In this document: piece by piece, positions 35,727-46,600 of the stretch
Position numbering within the stretch: position 1 is the stretch's first letter
Layout: each line of letters opens with the position of its first letter
DNA from: Anaerolinea thermophila
Lineage (GTDB): Bacteria > Chloroflexota > Anaerolineae > Anaerolineales > Villigracilaceae
Assembly (NCBI GenBank): GCA_020721605.1
Contig: DYML01000001.1
Span: 1-52,583, forward strand
Reading direction: 5' to 3'
DNA length: 52,583 bases
Notes under the pieces: generated by a model
Seen by the model: the letters and a program-made list of their open reading frames with translations, nothing else
What the model was told of the DNA's origin: nothing
Database searches by the model: none
Position numbers and translations under genes: made by a program

Positions 35727-37094
35727 TTATTTCATGTTGAAAAAGAAATGGATGAACGCATCCATGTTCTTGTGCCAGGTTGGCAGGTGCATTCGCTCAT
35801 TGGGCGAATGGATGTTGTCGTCGGGCAAGCCGCCGCCCACAAGACCCGACTCAACGCCGCAGATGTTTTGCAGCATGGCAACCACGCCAATGGAGCCGCC
35901 GCCGCGATGATACAAAGGCGGTTTGCCCCAGACCGTTTGCATGGCGGCTGCCATAGCGCGTACCCCCGCAGTATTAATGTCGGTGATTGCCCAGGGGCTG
36001 TCGTGCAGGTTTTTCACTTCCCAGGTGATGGTTTGGGGGGCGCGTTCTTCCATATATCTCACCAGTTGATTTTGAACTTCGGCAGGGTCTTGGTCTGGCA
36101 CAAGGCGGCAGGAAATTTTTGCCATTGCTTTGGCTGGCAAGACGGTTTTAGAGCCTGGTCCCGTCCAGCCAGAAAGCAAGCCGTTAATTTCCAGCGTGGG
36201 ACGTGCGCCGGTACGCAAGGCGGGGGTGTATTCTTTTTCTCCCCACAAGGCGGGTGCGCCTGTTTGCTGCAAATAACTTTCTGGCGTGGTGGGCAGTTTG
36301 GCGGTCATTTCGCGTTCCTGTTCGGTGACGGGGCGCACGGAATCGTAGAAGCCGGGCAAGGTCACAGTTCCGTTTTCATCATGCATCCCTGCAATTAATT
36401 CTGCCAATGCCTGCGCAGGGTTATGCACCGTGCCGCCGAATCCGCCGGAGTGCAAGTCACGCTCTGGTCCATAAACATGCAATTCAAAATAGGCAAGCCC
36501 GCGCAGCCCAAACGTGATGGTAGGCTCGTCGGCTGAGATTGCGCCCGCGTCGGGATTCAAACAAAAATCGGCTTTGAACAGTTCTTTGTGTGTGGGTAGA
36601 AAATTCCCCATGTTCATCGAGCCGATTTCCTCTTCGCCTTCGAGCATAAATTTTAAGTTGAGGGGAAAATCACCCGACTGCATGATGGACTCAACCGCAT
36701 TCAGAGTTGCCATCATTTGCCCCTTCATGTCTGAGGAGCCGCGCGCAAAAAGATAGTCACCTTTAACGGTTGCCTCGAAGGGTGCGGTTTCCCACAATTC
36801 AATCGGGTCAACCGGCTGCACATCGTAATGCCCGTAAATTAAAACGGTTGGCGCGCCGGGCTTTTTTAGCCAGTCGCCATACACAATGGGATGCCCGCCG
36901 GTGGGCATGAGGCTTACATGCTCAATGCCAATCTTGCGTAAATGCTCTGCCGCCCATTCGGCGGCTTTTTGAACCTGCGGCTTATATTCATCGTCAGTCG
37001 AGATGGATTCAATTTTGATGAACTCGGATAATTCCTGTGTAAATCGCTCACGATTTTTATGTGCATATTCAATTGCGTTTTTTGCGTCAGACAT
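35727..37094 (-). CDS. M20 family dipeptidase (ArgE/DapE/Dug1-like)
   Basis: YGHYDVQP, ARGSSDMKG, EGEEE, DLHSG, IHSPNE; AAGGAG SD before ATG 37094. Confidence 0.93.
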   Translation of the reverse strand: MSDAKNAIEYAHKNRERFTQELSEFIKIESISTDDEYKPQVQKAAEWAAEHLRKIGIEHVSLMPTGGHPIVYGDWLKKPGAPTVLIYGHYDVQPVDPIELWETAPFEATVKGDYLFARGSSDMKGQMMATLNAVESIMQSGDFPLNLKFMLEGEEEIGSMNMGNFLPTHKELFKADFCLNPDAGAISADEPTITFGLRGLAYFELHVYGPERDLHSGGFGGTVHNPAQALAELIAGMHDENGTVTLPGFYDSVRPVTEQEREMTAKLPTTPESYLQQTGAPALWGEKEYTPALRTGARPTLEINGLLSGWTGPGSKTVLPAKAMAKISCRLVPDQDPAEVQNQLVRYMEERAPQTITWEVKNLHDSPWAITDINTAGVRAMAAAMQTVWGKPPLYHRGGGSIGVVAMLQNICGVESGLVGGGLPDDNIHSPNERMHLPTWHKNMDAFIHFFFNMK

Positions 37095-37096
37095 GG

Positions 37097-37582
37097 TTAC
37101 TCCTTCAAAGTCCCATATAAAAACCAAAATTTTTCAGGCGAAAAATTTGGCGCACAGTCCTCTTCCCAAACGAAACTGCCTTCTTTGAAAACACTTTTTA
37201 GAAAGGCATCCGAATCTTCTTCGGCTTTGCCAAGCAGGCTGAGCATGGCGCGATAGCGTACATTTTGCGGATAAAGACGGGCTTCCAATTTTGGGTCGCT
37301 GCGATATTCAGCCAGATAATAAATCCACAACTCGCTGCGCGCTCTTACCTCGCGGCTGGATTTTGCATCCCAAGCCGATTGCCACTTTGAGCGAATCTTG
37401 CCGACCTGCGCTTCAAAATTTGCGGCTTCATTTCCCATTCGCGCCAAAGACAAGAGGATGCCGCCCAAAGTTAATTGGGGCAAACCCAAACTGAGCGGGT
37501 AGTATAACTCTTTGGAGAGCAGGTAAGTTTCCAGTTGAGGAATGCCTGCCGCAAGATAAAGTTTGTCTTTTTGAGTGGGCAT
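37097..37582 (-). CDS. Hypothetical protein coupled to the M20 dipeptidase
   Basis: Stop lies 2 nt before the peptidase start, with the peptidase SD inside its last codons. Confidence 0.75.
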   Translation of the reverse strand: MPTQKDKLYLAAGIPQLETYLLSKELYYPLSLGLPQLTLGGILLSLARMGNEAANFEAQVGKIRSKWQSAWDAKSSREVRARSELWIYYLAEYRSDPKLEARLYPQNVRYRAMLSLLGKAEEDSDAFLKSVFKEGSFVWEEDCAPNFSPEKFWFLYGTLKE

Positions 37583-37630
37583 AATAAAAATGCAGAGGTG
37601 GAACATACGCCCCGCCTCTGCAAATAAAAT

Positions 37631-39319
37631 TTACGGTGAAACTGTTGGCACGGCAGTTTGTTCCAGTGAACGCCGTGTCACGAGGTACCATTTGGTAATC
37701 AACGACAGGCGGTCGCTTACGTCATACATTGGCGCCACCTGCACGCCCTGCACTTGGGCATCCACACCGTAAGAATAGACGGGGTAGTACAAAGGCAGTG
37801 AGGGCATATCTTTTGCAAACAGCACCTGAAAATTACGATATAAACGTGCGCGCGATTCAAAATCTGCTGCGGTGCGCGCGCTTTCAAGAAACTCACTGGC
37901 GGTGCGGTTATTCCATTGGGAATAGTTTTGCCCGCCGGTTGCCTCTGACTGATGCCAAAAGAGATAAGGGTCGGGGTCGGGCGTGCGCAGGGTGTTTAAG
38001 TCTGCCAATGCGGCTTGATAGTTGCGCTGCGCGAGAAAGTCATTCACCATCAGATCATAGGTCGTAGATTGCAAGTCTATTTTTACGCCAATTAATGCCC
38101 AGTCTGCCTGAATGGTTTGTGCAATTCGAGTGTGAACTGCGTCTTCTGGGTGAAGCAGAGTAAAAGCCAAAGGTTGACCGTCTTTGGCGCGCACCTCACC
38201 GCCGCTGGCAGGAATTACAAAACCTTCTCCTTTCAACAAGGCGGCGGCGGCGTCTGGGTCATATTCAAAGCGTGGAATCTCATCATAATATGCCCACGAG
38301 CCTGGCAAGATGGGACCATCGGCAATAATGGCTTGCCCCTGAAGAATACGCGAGACAATTAAGTTGCGATTAATGCCCAGCAGGAGCGCCTGCCGAATTT
38401 TTTCGTTTTGTAAAAATGGCACGCCCGGATTATTAAGATTCAGAAAGACCAATCCCATTTGCGGCAGGCGGCTGGTGTAAACAGAAAGCGTGGGTTCCAT
38501 CAACGCTTGTTGCAAAACATCGTTGGTAATTTGGCTAATTCCCAGCACCTCACCCTGTTGGTAGGCATCAAAGGCAGAAGCGGCGTTGGGGTAAAAGCGA
38601 AATACCATCTGGTCTATGTATGATCGGGGTAAAAAATAATCTTCATTCACTTTGAGCGACACCCCGCTGATCTGCCCACCGCTGGTCATAAGCGAGTCAA
38701 ATTTATAGGGTCCTGTGCCAATGGGGTTCAAGTTAAAATCGGCGCTCGAAAGTTGATCTGCGGGGATAGACTCAAGCAAATGTTTGGGCAGCACGCCAAA
38801 GGTGACATAATCTAAAAATGGAGCAAAGGGTTCGGGCAACACAAATTGCAGGGTTTTATCGTCAAATCGTTTTATTTCAATTTGAGACCACAGGTCTTTA
38901 ATATCCTGCGGAAAAAGCGAACCGCTGCTCTTAATCAACTCAATGGTAAAAATAACATCATCGGTGGTAACGGCTTGACCATCATGCCAAAGCGCGTTGG
39001 GGCGAATTGAAAAGTTATAAAGCGTGCCGTCTGAAGAGGTTCCCCAAGATTCAGCCAAATCTGGCTGGGGTAAGCCATGTGAATCAAAAGTAAGCAAGCC
39101 GCTGAAGATCAAACGATTAATATCTCGATCTGCGGGATTATTCCAATCTAACATGGGGTTAAGCCGTCCCATCGAGCCAATTAACGCCTCGGTATAAATA
39201 CCACCGGGTGCGGCTTTTGGCAAAACCGGAACGCTTACTGGTTGTTGGCTGAGCAGGAGCAAAGCAACAATCACAATAGTGACGGCAACAACCAAAATCT
39301 GCCAACGTAATTTTTTCAT
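37631..39319 (-). CDS. Peptide/nickel ABC transporter substrate-binding protein (family 5), TM anchored
   Basis: PDLAESW, WHDG..TTDDVIFT, PIGTGPYK, RQAL..GINR. Confidence 0.93.
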   Translation of the reverse strand: MKKLRWQILVVAVTIVIVALLLLSQQPVSVPVLPKAAPGGIYTEALIGSMGRLNPMLDWNNPADRDINRLIFSGLLTFDSHGLPQPDLAESWGTSSDGTLYNFSIRPNALWHDGQAVTTDDVIFTIELIKSSGSLFPQDIKDLWSQIEIKRFDDKTLQFVLPEPFAPFLDYVTFGVLPKHLLESIPADQLSSADFNLNPIGTGPYKFDSLMTSGGQISGVSLKVNEDYFLPRSYIDQMVFRFYPNAASAFDAYQQGEVLGISQITNDVLQQALMEPTLSVYTSRLPQMGLVFLNLNNPGVPFLQNEKIRQALLLGINRNLIVSRILQGQAIIADGPILPGSWAYYDEIPRFEYDPDAAAALLKGEGFVIPASGGEVRAKDGQPLAFTLLHPEDAVHTRIAQTIQADWALIGVKIDLQSTTYDLMVNDFLAQRNYQAALADLNTLRTPDPDPYLFWHQSEATGGQNYSQWNNRTASEFLESARTAADFESRARLYRNFQVLFAKDMPSLPLYYPVYSYGVDAQVQGVQVAPMYDVSDRLSLITKWYLVTRRSLEQTAVPTVSP

Positions 39320-39401
39320 AATTTATAAGGGGAATTAAAGAAGAGCCGCCGCCGCCCCAGGCTGGGGCATGAATCGGCGGCTCTTTACAGGCGTGAGTCT
39401 T

Positions 39402-39626
39402 TTAACGTGCAACAATGATGACAGCAAAGACGAGCGCAAAAAAGATCACAGCCAGCACAATCGTCACCCAAAAGAGGATGCGCTCAATGCCTCGACGAGC
39501 GGTGAAGACGCCGCCCGTATCTGCGCCGGTTAAACCGCCCAACCCTGCGCCCTTGCTCTGCAGGATGACGCCAAAGATTAAACCCACTGAGGTTATAATC
39601 AACGCAATATCTAAAAACTTTTCCAT
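39402..39626 (-). CDS. secG: Preprotein translocase subunit SecG
   Basis: ILQSKGAGLGG..TARRGIE with two TMs; AAGGAGG SD; promoter TTGACG-18-TATAAT (39686-39657). Confidence 0.92.
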   Translation of the reverse strand: MEKFLDIALIITSVGLIFGVILQSKGAGLGGLTGADTGGVFTARRGIERILFWVTIVLAVIFFALVFAVIIVAR

Positions 39627-39696
39627 ATAATGTGCCTCCTTGAAATTAGCGGACAGATTATACCTGTTGAAGAAGTAAATCGTCAAACTAAATTAA

Positions 39697-40788
39697 ATGA
39701 AGGATGAAAGACGCAAGATGAAAGATGATTTGGAAATTGTGGTTAATTTGCACATGCACACCAGGTATTCCGACGGCAGCGGCACACACAAAGACATTGC
39801 CGCCGCCGCACTAAAAGCCCAAGTAGACGCAGTAATTGTCACTGACCATAATGTGCTGACGCAAGGTTTTGAAGGCTATTACAAAGATAAAACAAAAAAA
39901 ATATTAATGCTGATTGGGGAAGAACTACACAACCAGGCGCGTACCCCGCAAAAAAATCACCTGCTGGCTTTTGGAACAGAACGCGAACTTGCCACCTTTG
40001 CAGAAAATCCGCAACGGTTAATTAACCAAGTGCGCGAAGCGGGCGGGCTGTCCTTTCTGGCTCATCCCGATGACCCCGCAGCCCCCGCCTTCAAAGAGAC
40101 CGATATTTCGTGGGAAGATTGGTCAGTTGAAAATTATACAGGTATCGAGTTGTGGAATGCGCTAAGCGAACTAAAAACAATCGTACCCACCCAATTGCAT
40201 GGCGCATTTTATGCCTTGTTTCCCACGTTGGTGGCGCACCAGCCCATAGCAACCACTGTGGCGAAATGGGACGAACTGCTCGCGCAAGGAAAGCGCGTGG
40301 TAGCCATTGGCGGCTCGGATGCACACGCATTACACATGAGCCTGGGACCCATTAGCCGTGTAATCTTTCCCTACGAATTTCACTTCCGCACCATCAATAC
40401 GCACATGCTGCTGTCAGAACCTTTGAGCGGTGAGGTTCAGACAGACAAAAAAATAATTTATGAAGCCCTCAGCCTGGGTCACTGCTTTATTGGCTATGAC
40501 CTGCCCGCCCCCACACGCGGATTCCGCTTTACGGCGCAAGGCATGGATAAAACCGCGCTCATGGGAGATGAAATAGCCGCCAAAGGCGGAATCACCTTGC
40601 AGGCGAAACTGCCATCACAAGCAGAAATACACCTGATAAAAGACGGGCAGATGCTTCAGACCTGGAAAAATAAAATGTCCTGTGCGCACATCACCACCGA
40701 ACCTGGGGTGTATCGCATTGAGGCATACCGCAGGTATCTTGGCAAGTTACGCGGCTGGATTTACAGCAACCCGATCTATGTGAGATAG
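39697..40788 (+). CDS. PHP-domain CehA/McbA-type metallohydrolase (start may be 39718)
   Basis: NLHMHTRYSDG, TDHN, AHP, GIELWN, GGSDAH, SNPIY. Confidence 0.88.
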   Translation: MKDERRKMKDDLEIVVNLHMHTRYSDGSGTHKDIAAAALKAQVDAVIVTDHNVLTQGFEGYYKDKTKKILMLIGEELHNQARTPQKNHLLAFGTERELATFAENPQRLINQVREAGGLSFLAHPDDPAAPAFKETDISWEDWSVENYTGIELWNALSELKTIVPTQLHGAFYALFPTLVAHQPIATTVAKWDELLAQGKRVVAIGGSDAHALHMSLGPISRVIFPYEFHFRTINTHMLLSEPLSGEVQTDKKIIYEALSLGHCFIGYDLPAPTRGFRFTAQGMDKTALMGDEIAAKGGITLQAKLPSQAEIHLIKDGQMLQTWKNKMSCAHITTEPGVYRIEAYRRYLGKLRGWIYSNPIYVR

Positions 40789-40935
40789 GAAATAAAAAGT
40801 GAAAAGTAAAAGGTGAGAATGGAGAAAATACCATTCAGACAGAATCAGCCAACAGTTAAGCGCGAAGCGGGTTTTCATCGCCAAGAAAAGGTTCTTGTGG
40901 TAAACTTCGCCCCGCTAAATTAGGTACGTTCCAAC

Positions 40936-41003
40936 GTGCCTTTCCGTTCCCGGCAAGCCCACGGCTTGAATAGGAACAAACCCATGGAAAGGAGGTTTTC
41001 CCT
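40936..41003 (+). promoter_or_regulatory. rpsF 5' leader, candidate S6:S18-binding autoregulatory RNA
   Basis: Nested helices CCTTTCC/GGAAAGG (overlapping the SD), GTTCC/GGAAC and AAGCC/GGCTT, with an unpaired AAACCCAT segment. Confidence 0.65.
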
Positions 41004-41288
41004 ATGCGTAAATATGAATTAGTTTGTGTGATCCAGCCTGATCTGGACGAAACTGCTTTTAACGTTGTGGTTGATAAAGTTAAAGGCTGGGTCAGTGAAT
41101 CAGGCGGAAGTATTGACAAAGTTGATGTTTGGGGTCGGCGCAAGCTGGCTTACATCATCAAGAAGCACCGCGAAGGTCAGTTCATTTTGTTGAATGTGAC
41201 CATGAACCCTGCCGCGACTTCCGATCTTGAACGCAACCTGCGTTACCAAGAACCAATCATTCGCCACATGCTTTCCGTTGCTGCTTAA
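41004..41288 (+). CDS. rpsF: 30S ribosomal protein S6
   Basis: MRKYEL, WGRRKLAY; first gene of rpsF-ssb-rpsR. Confidence 0.97.
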   Translation: MRKYELVCVIQPDLDETAFNVVVDKVKGWVSESGGSIDKVDVWGRRKLAYIIKKHREGQFILLNVTMNPAATSDLERNLRYQEPIIRHMLSVAA

Positions 41289-41329
41289 TTTATCGTTGCA
41301 TTGCCTGGTATTTTAGCAAGGAGTTCTAT

Positions 41330-41752
41330 ATGAGCCGAGGTCTTAATAAAGTTCAGATCATTGGGCATCTTGGAAAAGACCCTGAGATGCGCTACACCCC
41401 TTCAGGAAAACCTGTAACCACTTTTTCCGTGGCGGTCAGCCGAACGTGGAATAGCGCGGATGGAGAACGCCATAACGAAACCGAATGGTTCAATGTGGTA
41501 GTCTGGGGCAACCTGGCAGAGATCTGCAAGCAATATCTCGTCAAGGGGCAACAGGTCTACATTGAAGGACGTTTACAAACCCGCCGCTGGGACGGAAAAG
41601 AAGGACAAAAACACACCAGCGTAGAAGTGGTAGCAAACGAGATGATGATGCTGGGCGACCGACGCGATGCAAACGATAATAATCATCAGGAAGTTGAGTC
41701 CCCCCCCGCCGAGAATGGCTCTGCCATGGCGGAAGATGAATTTCCGTTCTAA
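41330..41752 (+). CDS. ssb: Single-stranded DNA-binding protein
   Basis: NKVQIIGHLGKDPEMRYT, IEGRLQTRRW, acidic DEFPF tail. Confidence 0.97.
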   Translation: MSRGLNKVQIIGHLGKDPEMRYTPSGKPVTTFSVAVSRTWNSADGERHNETEWFNVVVWGNLAEICKQYLVKGQQVYIEGRLQTRRWDGKEGQKHTSVEVVANEMMMLGDRRDANDNNHQEVESPPAENGSAMAEDEFPF

Positions 41753-41769
41753 TTTTTTTGGAGTAAATC

Positions 41770-42057
41770 ATGAGTGAAGAACGTAGTTATTCGGGCGGCG
41801 GCGAAGGCGGCGGTGACCGCAGATTTTTTGCCAAGCCCAAGTTTTGCCAGTTTTGCGCAGATAAAACACTGGTCATTGATTACAAAAAGACCGACCTGCT
41901 CCGCAAATACATCACCGAAGAGGGAAAAATCCGCCCGCGCCGCCAAACCGGCGCATGTGCCAAACACCAACGTGTAGTGGCGGCGGCTGTCAAGCAGGCG
42001 CGCCATGTGGCGTTTCTGCCTTTCAGCGGCAGATCACTAGACGACGGTCGTTCCTAA
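41770..42057 (+). CDS. rpsR: 30S ribosomal protein S18 (zinc-binding C+ form)
   Basis: [25 protein letters not shown]. Confidence 0.97.
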   Translation: MSEERSYSGGGEGGGDRRFFAKPKFCQFCADKTLVIDYKKTDLLRKYITEEGKIRPRRQTGACAKHQRVVAAAVKQARHVAFLPFSGRSLDDGRS

Positions 42058-42067
42058 TTGCCGAAAT

Positions 42068-42107
42068 AATTTCGGGGCATGGAAACTTTCCCATGCCCCG
42101 AAATTAT
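42068..42107 (+). terminator. Hairpin after rpsR
   Basis: TAATTTCGGGGCATGG-N8-CCATGCCCCGAAATTA. Confidence 0.7.
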
Positions 42108-42238
42108 GTTAATACACATTATCCCTTTCATCCACCCATCTACCCCAATCTCAGCCTGGTTTTACAAAGATTAGCGTAGAAGAGTGGATTATTTTTAATA
42201 AGCGAAAGTTTCACCCTGCTTTCGTGAAGGAGTCAAAA

Positions 42239-43570
42239 ATGCCGAACGAGTCGGGTCGCAAGCCCGTATTACACAAAAAACATATTGCACGCCTTCAGCG
42301 TGAAAACCAGCAAAGCCGCATCATTCTCTATACTTTCATTGGCATTATGGCAGCAGTTTTGCTTTTGCTTGGCTACGGATTTTTGGACATCAATTATCTC
42401 CAACGCCAACAACCCGTTGCCAAGGTTGGGAATGTTGAAATTCTTGTTAATCAATTTGAACCGCGTGTGCGTATGCAGCGCCAGCAAATACTGGCACAAT
42501 ACAACCAATATGCCCAATACGGGCAGCTCTTCGGCATGGATGTGCAGGCGCAATTAACCGACTTAGAATCACAATTAAACTCGCCAGCCACAATTGGTCA
42601 ATCGGTGTTGGATCAAATGATTAATGAACAGTTAATTCGCCTGGAAGCAGAAAAGCGCGGCATCATCGCCAGCGATGCCGAAATTGTTGAAGCCAAGCAA
42701 AATTCATTTTCCTATTACCCAAACGGCACTCCCACCAGCGCGCCCACGGCAACAGAAGTGACTATGCCAAAAGTTCCAGCAGAAGCATACGACCTGGTAA
42801 CCAAAACCCCTGTCCCGACTATGACAGCCACGCTTGCGGCATCGCCCACGCCTGAACCAACCGATCTTGTAGAAACAGGCGCCACACCCGCCCCGCAGCC
42901 AACCGCCACGCCCTACACCCAGGAAGGATTTGAGAGCGAATTTAATACCTCAAAAGATGCCTTTACAAAACTTGGACTGGCAGAAAAAGACTATCTGGCA
43001 TTTTTTGATCTTCAAATTTTACAAACAAAAGTTCAAGAAGCAATCACAGCCAATGTGCCTGCCACCGAAACCCAAGTTTGGGCGCGTCACATCCTCGTGC
43101 CAGAAGAAGCCACCGCACAACTGATTATTGAGAAACTAAAAGCAGGCGATGATTTTGCCGCGCTGGCAGTGGAATTTTCTCAAGACACTGGCTCCGCTGT
43201 CAACGGTGGAGACCTGGGCTGGTTCGGCGCGGGAATGATGGTTCCAGAATTTGAAACTGCCGCATTTGCTTTGGAAAAATCTGGCGACTACACCACCACA
43301 GCCGTAAAAAGCCAGTACGGGTATCACATCATTCAATTGATTGCAAAACAAGATCGCCCGCTCAATGCAGAGCAATACAGCGCGGCAAAAGACAAGGCAT
43401 TTTCAGAATGGCTGACCGCCGCCCGTGAAGAATATGGCGTGGAAACATTTGACCGCTGGCAGGAACATGTCCCCACTGACCCCAACTTTAACACCATGGC
43501 AACCGAATCGGTAAATGCGCAAAATACGGCACTGGCAGAAGAAGCAGCCCAAGCGACAGAAGCGCCGTAA
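42239..43570 (+). CDS. Membrane-anchored parvulin peptidylprolyl isomerase (PrsA/SurA-like)
   Basis: TM plus SurA-like N domain; WARHILV, SQDTGSAVNGGDLGWF, YGYHII; AAGGAG SD before ATG 42239. Confidence 0.9.
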   Translation: MPNESGRKPVLHKKHIARLQRENQQSRIILYTFIGIMAAVLLLLGYGFLDINYLQRQQPVAKVGNVEILVNQFEPRVRMQRQQILAQYNQYAQYGQLFGMDVQAQLTDLESQLNSPATIGQSVLDQMINEQLIRLEAEKRGIIASDAEIVEAKQNSFSYYPNGTPTSAPTATEVTMPKVPAEAYDLVTKTPVPTMTATLAASPTPEPTDLVETGATPAPQPTATPYTQEGFESEFNTSKDAFTKLGLAEKDYLAFFDLQILQTKVQEAITANVPATETQVWARHILVPEEATAQLIIEKLKAGDDFAALAVEFSQDTGSAVNGGDLGWFGAGMMVPEFETAAFALEKSGDYTTTAVKSQYGYHIIQLIAKQDRPLNAEQYSAAKDKAFSEWLTAAREEYGVETFDRWQEHVPTDPNFNTMATESVNAQNTALAEEAAQATEAP

Positions 43571-43638
43571 GATCAAGACAGAATGATGAATGAGGAATGC
43601 AGAATAAAAACCAAAAGTCTGTTCCCTCGAATACCTAA

Positions 43639-43675
43639 CAAAAAAACGCCCAGCTCAAATTGAGTTGGGCGTTTC
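43639..43675. terminator. Terminator between the convergent PPIase and smc genes
   Basis: AAAAAAAACGCCCAGCTCA-AAT-TGAGTTGGGCGTTT. Confidence 0.8.
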
Positions 43676-43691
43676 ACTTCTCACACAGATT

Positions 43692-46600
43692 TCACCCTCT
43701 CTTTAACATATCGTCCGTTACTTGATCAAGGCGCAGGCTGATGATCTGGCTTGCCGAATCACGCCCCATCGTAATGCCGTAAATTACATCTGCGGCTTGC
43801 ACGGTGTTGCGATTATGGGTGATGATGATGAACTGCGTCTCTTTGCTTAAATCCAACAGCAGATCGCGGAAGCGCCCCACGTTGGCTTCATCCAACATTG
43901 CGTCCACTTCATCCATTACGCAAACAGGGGTGGGAGAAACTTTGAGCAGCGCAAAGACCAGCGCAATTGCCGTTAAACTGCGCTCGCCGCCAGAGAGCAG
44001 CGCCAAACCCTGCTCACGCCGACCCGGCAGACGCGCTTCAATTTCGATGCCCGTGTCTACCAAATTTTCAGGGTCGGTTAAAGCCAGCCGCGCCGAGCCA
44101 CCGCCAAACAAGCGCACAAATGTTTCGCGGAACTGTTTATCTACCGCATCAAAGGTGCGCACAAATTCCCGTTTTGTAATTTCATCCAACTCTGCCACGA
44201 CCTGCTTTAAGTCAATTTCGGCTTTGCGCAAATCTTCGACCTGAGTTTTCATAAAGATGAAGCGTTCGCTTTCCTGGTCATATTCGGTTTTCGCATCGGG
44301 GTTGATGGGACCCATGCGCCGAATTTGTGCGCGATGATGATTTAATTGTTCTTCAATTTCTGGCGCAAGTTCTGTCACCACTGGCAATTGTTCTACCATG
44401 CCATCCAAAGGCAGTGGCACAGGTCCAGAAACATCTGCCGCGTAGTCAAACATTACCAAACCAAAGTCATCGGTAATTTTTTGGTGCAAATTATCCAGCG
44501 CTTCCTGCTTGCGTGTTTGCTCCAACTGTACCTGCCCCAATGAACGCTCGGTATTGGCAAAAATACGCTGGGCGTTGGCTTCGGCTTCTTGCAAGCGTTT
44601 TTCTTCCTGCTCGGCAGTTTCCAAATCTTTTTCGGCAGGGTCAATCAGCACACGCATATCTTCCATTTGGCTTTGCAAATCAATTTCGGTTTCATGCAAT
44701 CTGGCTTTTTCATTATCCAGCCCATTCAATGCGTTTTCGGTTTCGCGCAAGCGAGAGGTTAATTCAACACGGCGCGAGTCGAGCCGTGAAATTTCTTTAA
44801 CGCGCTCATCCCGTCTGGCGTTTGCGCCCGCCAGGCTTTGCTCTGCCACTGCGGCGCGCATACCCCAATGCGAAACCTGCTCTTGCAATTCATCGGCGGC
44901 AATCTCATTTAATTTGACGGCAATATCTTTGGCTTGAGCGTGGGCTGTAAGTGAAAAAGTTTCCACTTGAGATTGGGATTCGCTTATTTTTTGTTGAATG
45001 GAATCAGAATCCTGCGCCTCCGCCTGTAACTGGCTCAACTGGTTTTTCTGCCACTCATGCTGGCGTTGAGTAGATTCAAACTCCAGCCCAGCCTGCTGTT
45101 CGGTCTCCTGGCATTCTCCCAGCCGAATGCGCGATTCACGCGCATCAGTTTCGGCTTGAGACAGTTCGCGCTGCGCATCGGTCAGTTGGGTTGACAGGCG
45201 CTCAACCGACGCATTTGATTGTGCCAGCCTGCTGATTAATTCGCTGAGGGCGGCGGCAAATTCTCGTTTTTGACGAGTCCTGCCGAGGGCAGAGGAAGAG
45301 GTCGTTCTCCCCGCAATGACCAAACCATCCCCACGAAACACTTCCCCGCGCAGCGTGACCACCCGCGCGTAAATTGGCAAATTCTGAACCAGCCTGCGGG
45401 CAGAGTTTCGGTCACGCGCAATTAAAGTTTGCCCCAACATCAGCCGCACTGCGCTGCGCAATTCGGCGGGTGAATTCACCAACTCAGAGGCGATGCCAAT
45501 ATAGTCATCAGAGACTTCCGAAACCTTAAAGACTTCGGAAGCGTGGGAAATTGGAAGCAGAACCGCGCGCCCTGCTTCATTGGTTTCGAGCAAATTAAGC
45601 GCGTCTTCAAATTGATTGGCGTCCAGCAAAACTGCATCGAGCGTGTCGCCCAATGCGGCGGCAATGGCGGTTTCCAGCTCAGCGGGAACGTCGAGCGCCG
45701 CGCTGAGTGCGCCGCGCGCGCCGCTCAACTTGGATTGCCGCGCGGCATCCAACAAATAACGGGCGCCTTCGGCATAGCCCGCCAGCGACTGCTCCGATTG
45801 TTCCAATACTTCCAACTGCGCCTTCAAGCGTGAATGGTTGGATTCTTCTTTTGTGCGCTGCTCCAACGCGGCGCGGCGCTCGCGGTCAATGCGCTCAAAT
45901 TCGCTCTTTTTACTGATTGCATTTTGTTCGGCTGCCTGCAAAACGAGGTTGGCTTGTTCGCGCACGGTGCGGGCGGTTTCATGTTGATCTTTTGCCTGCG
46001 TCAAAAGCAATTCGCCGTTGGCAATGGCGGCGGTGGTTTGTTCAATTTTCTGCGCCTGTAATTCGGCACGTGATTTTAACTGCTCCAGGCGCGCGTTATT
46101 TTGGGCGTGCTGCTGGTTGAATTTTTCAATTTGATTGCGAAGCAGCGCAAGTTGTTCTTCCAGCGCGGCACGTTCAGATTGACGCGCCTGCAAGGAATTT
46201 TGCGCATGTACCAGTTGAGACTTGGCTTCTTGATATTCACGTTGAATACGAGTTACTTCTTGCGAGGCTTCGCCAAAACGATCATTGGCGAGGTGCAATT
46301 CATCCAGCGCATTTTCCTGGTCTAAAAGTGTGGCGGCTTGTGCATGAGTTAAGGCGCGGCGGCGTTCTTCCCGTACTGCCAGTTCACGGCTGATGGCTTC
46401 GCGCTGATTATGCAAATCGGAAGATTGGCGGCGCCAGGTATTTAATTGGGCGCGCAAGCCAGAGAGCCGCTCACGAAAAGCGGAGTAATCCGCCTGGGTC
46501 ATTTCGTGAACAGTTCGCGCCTCGCGCACGCGCACATCCTGCCCGCGCACCGTCTCGCGGATGTCGGTCAGGTCACGCTGGGAGCGGTGCCAGTGAAAGC

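Noticed and set aside
35685-36398. 237-aa + strand ORF
   Set aside because: Entirely antisense to the M20 dipeptidase
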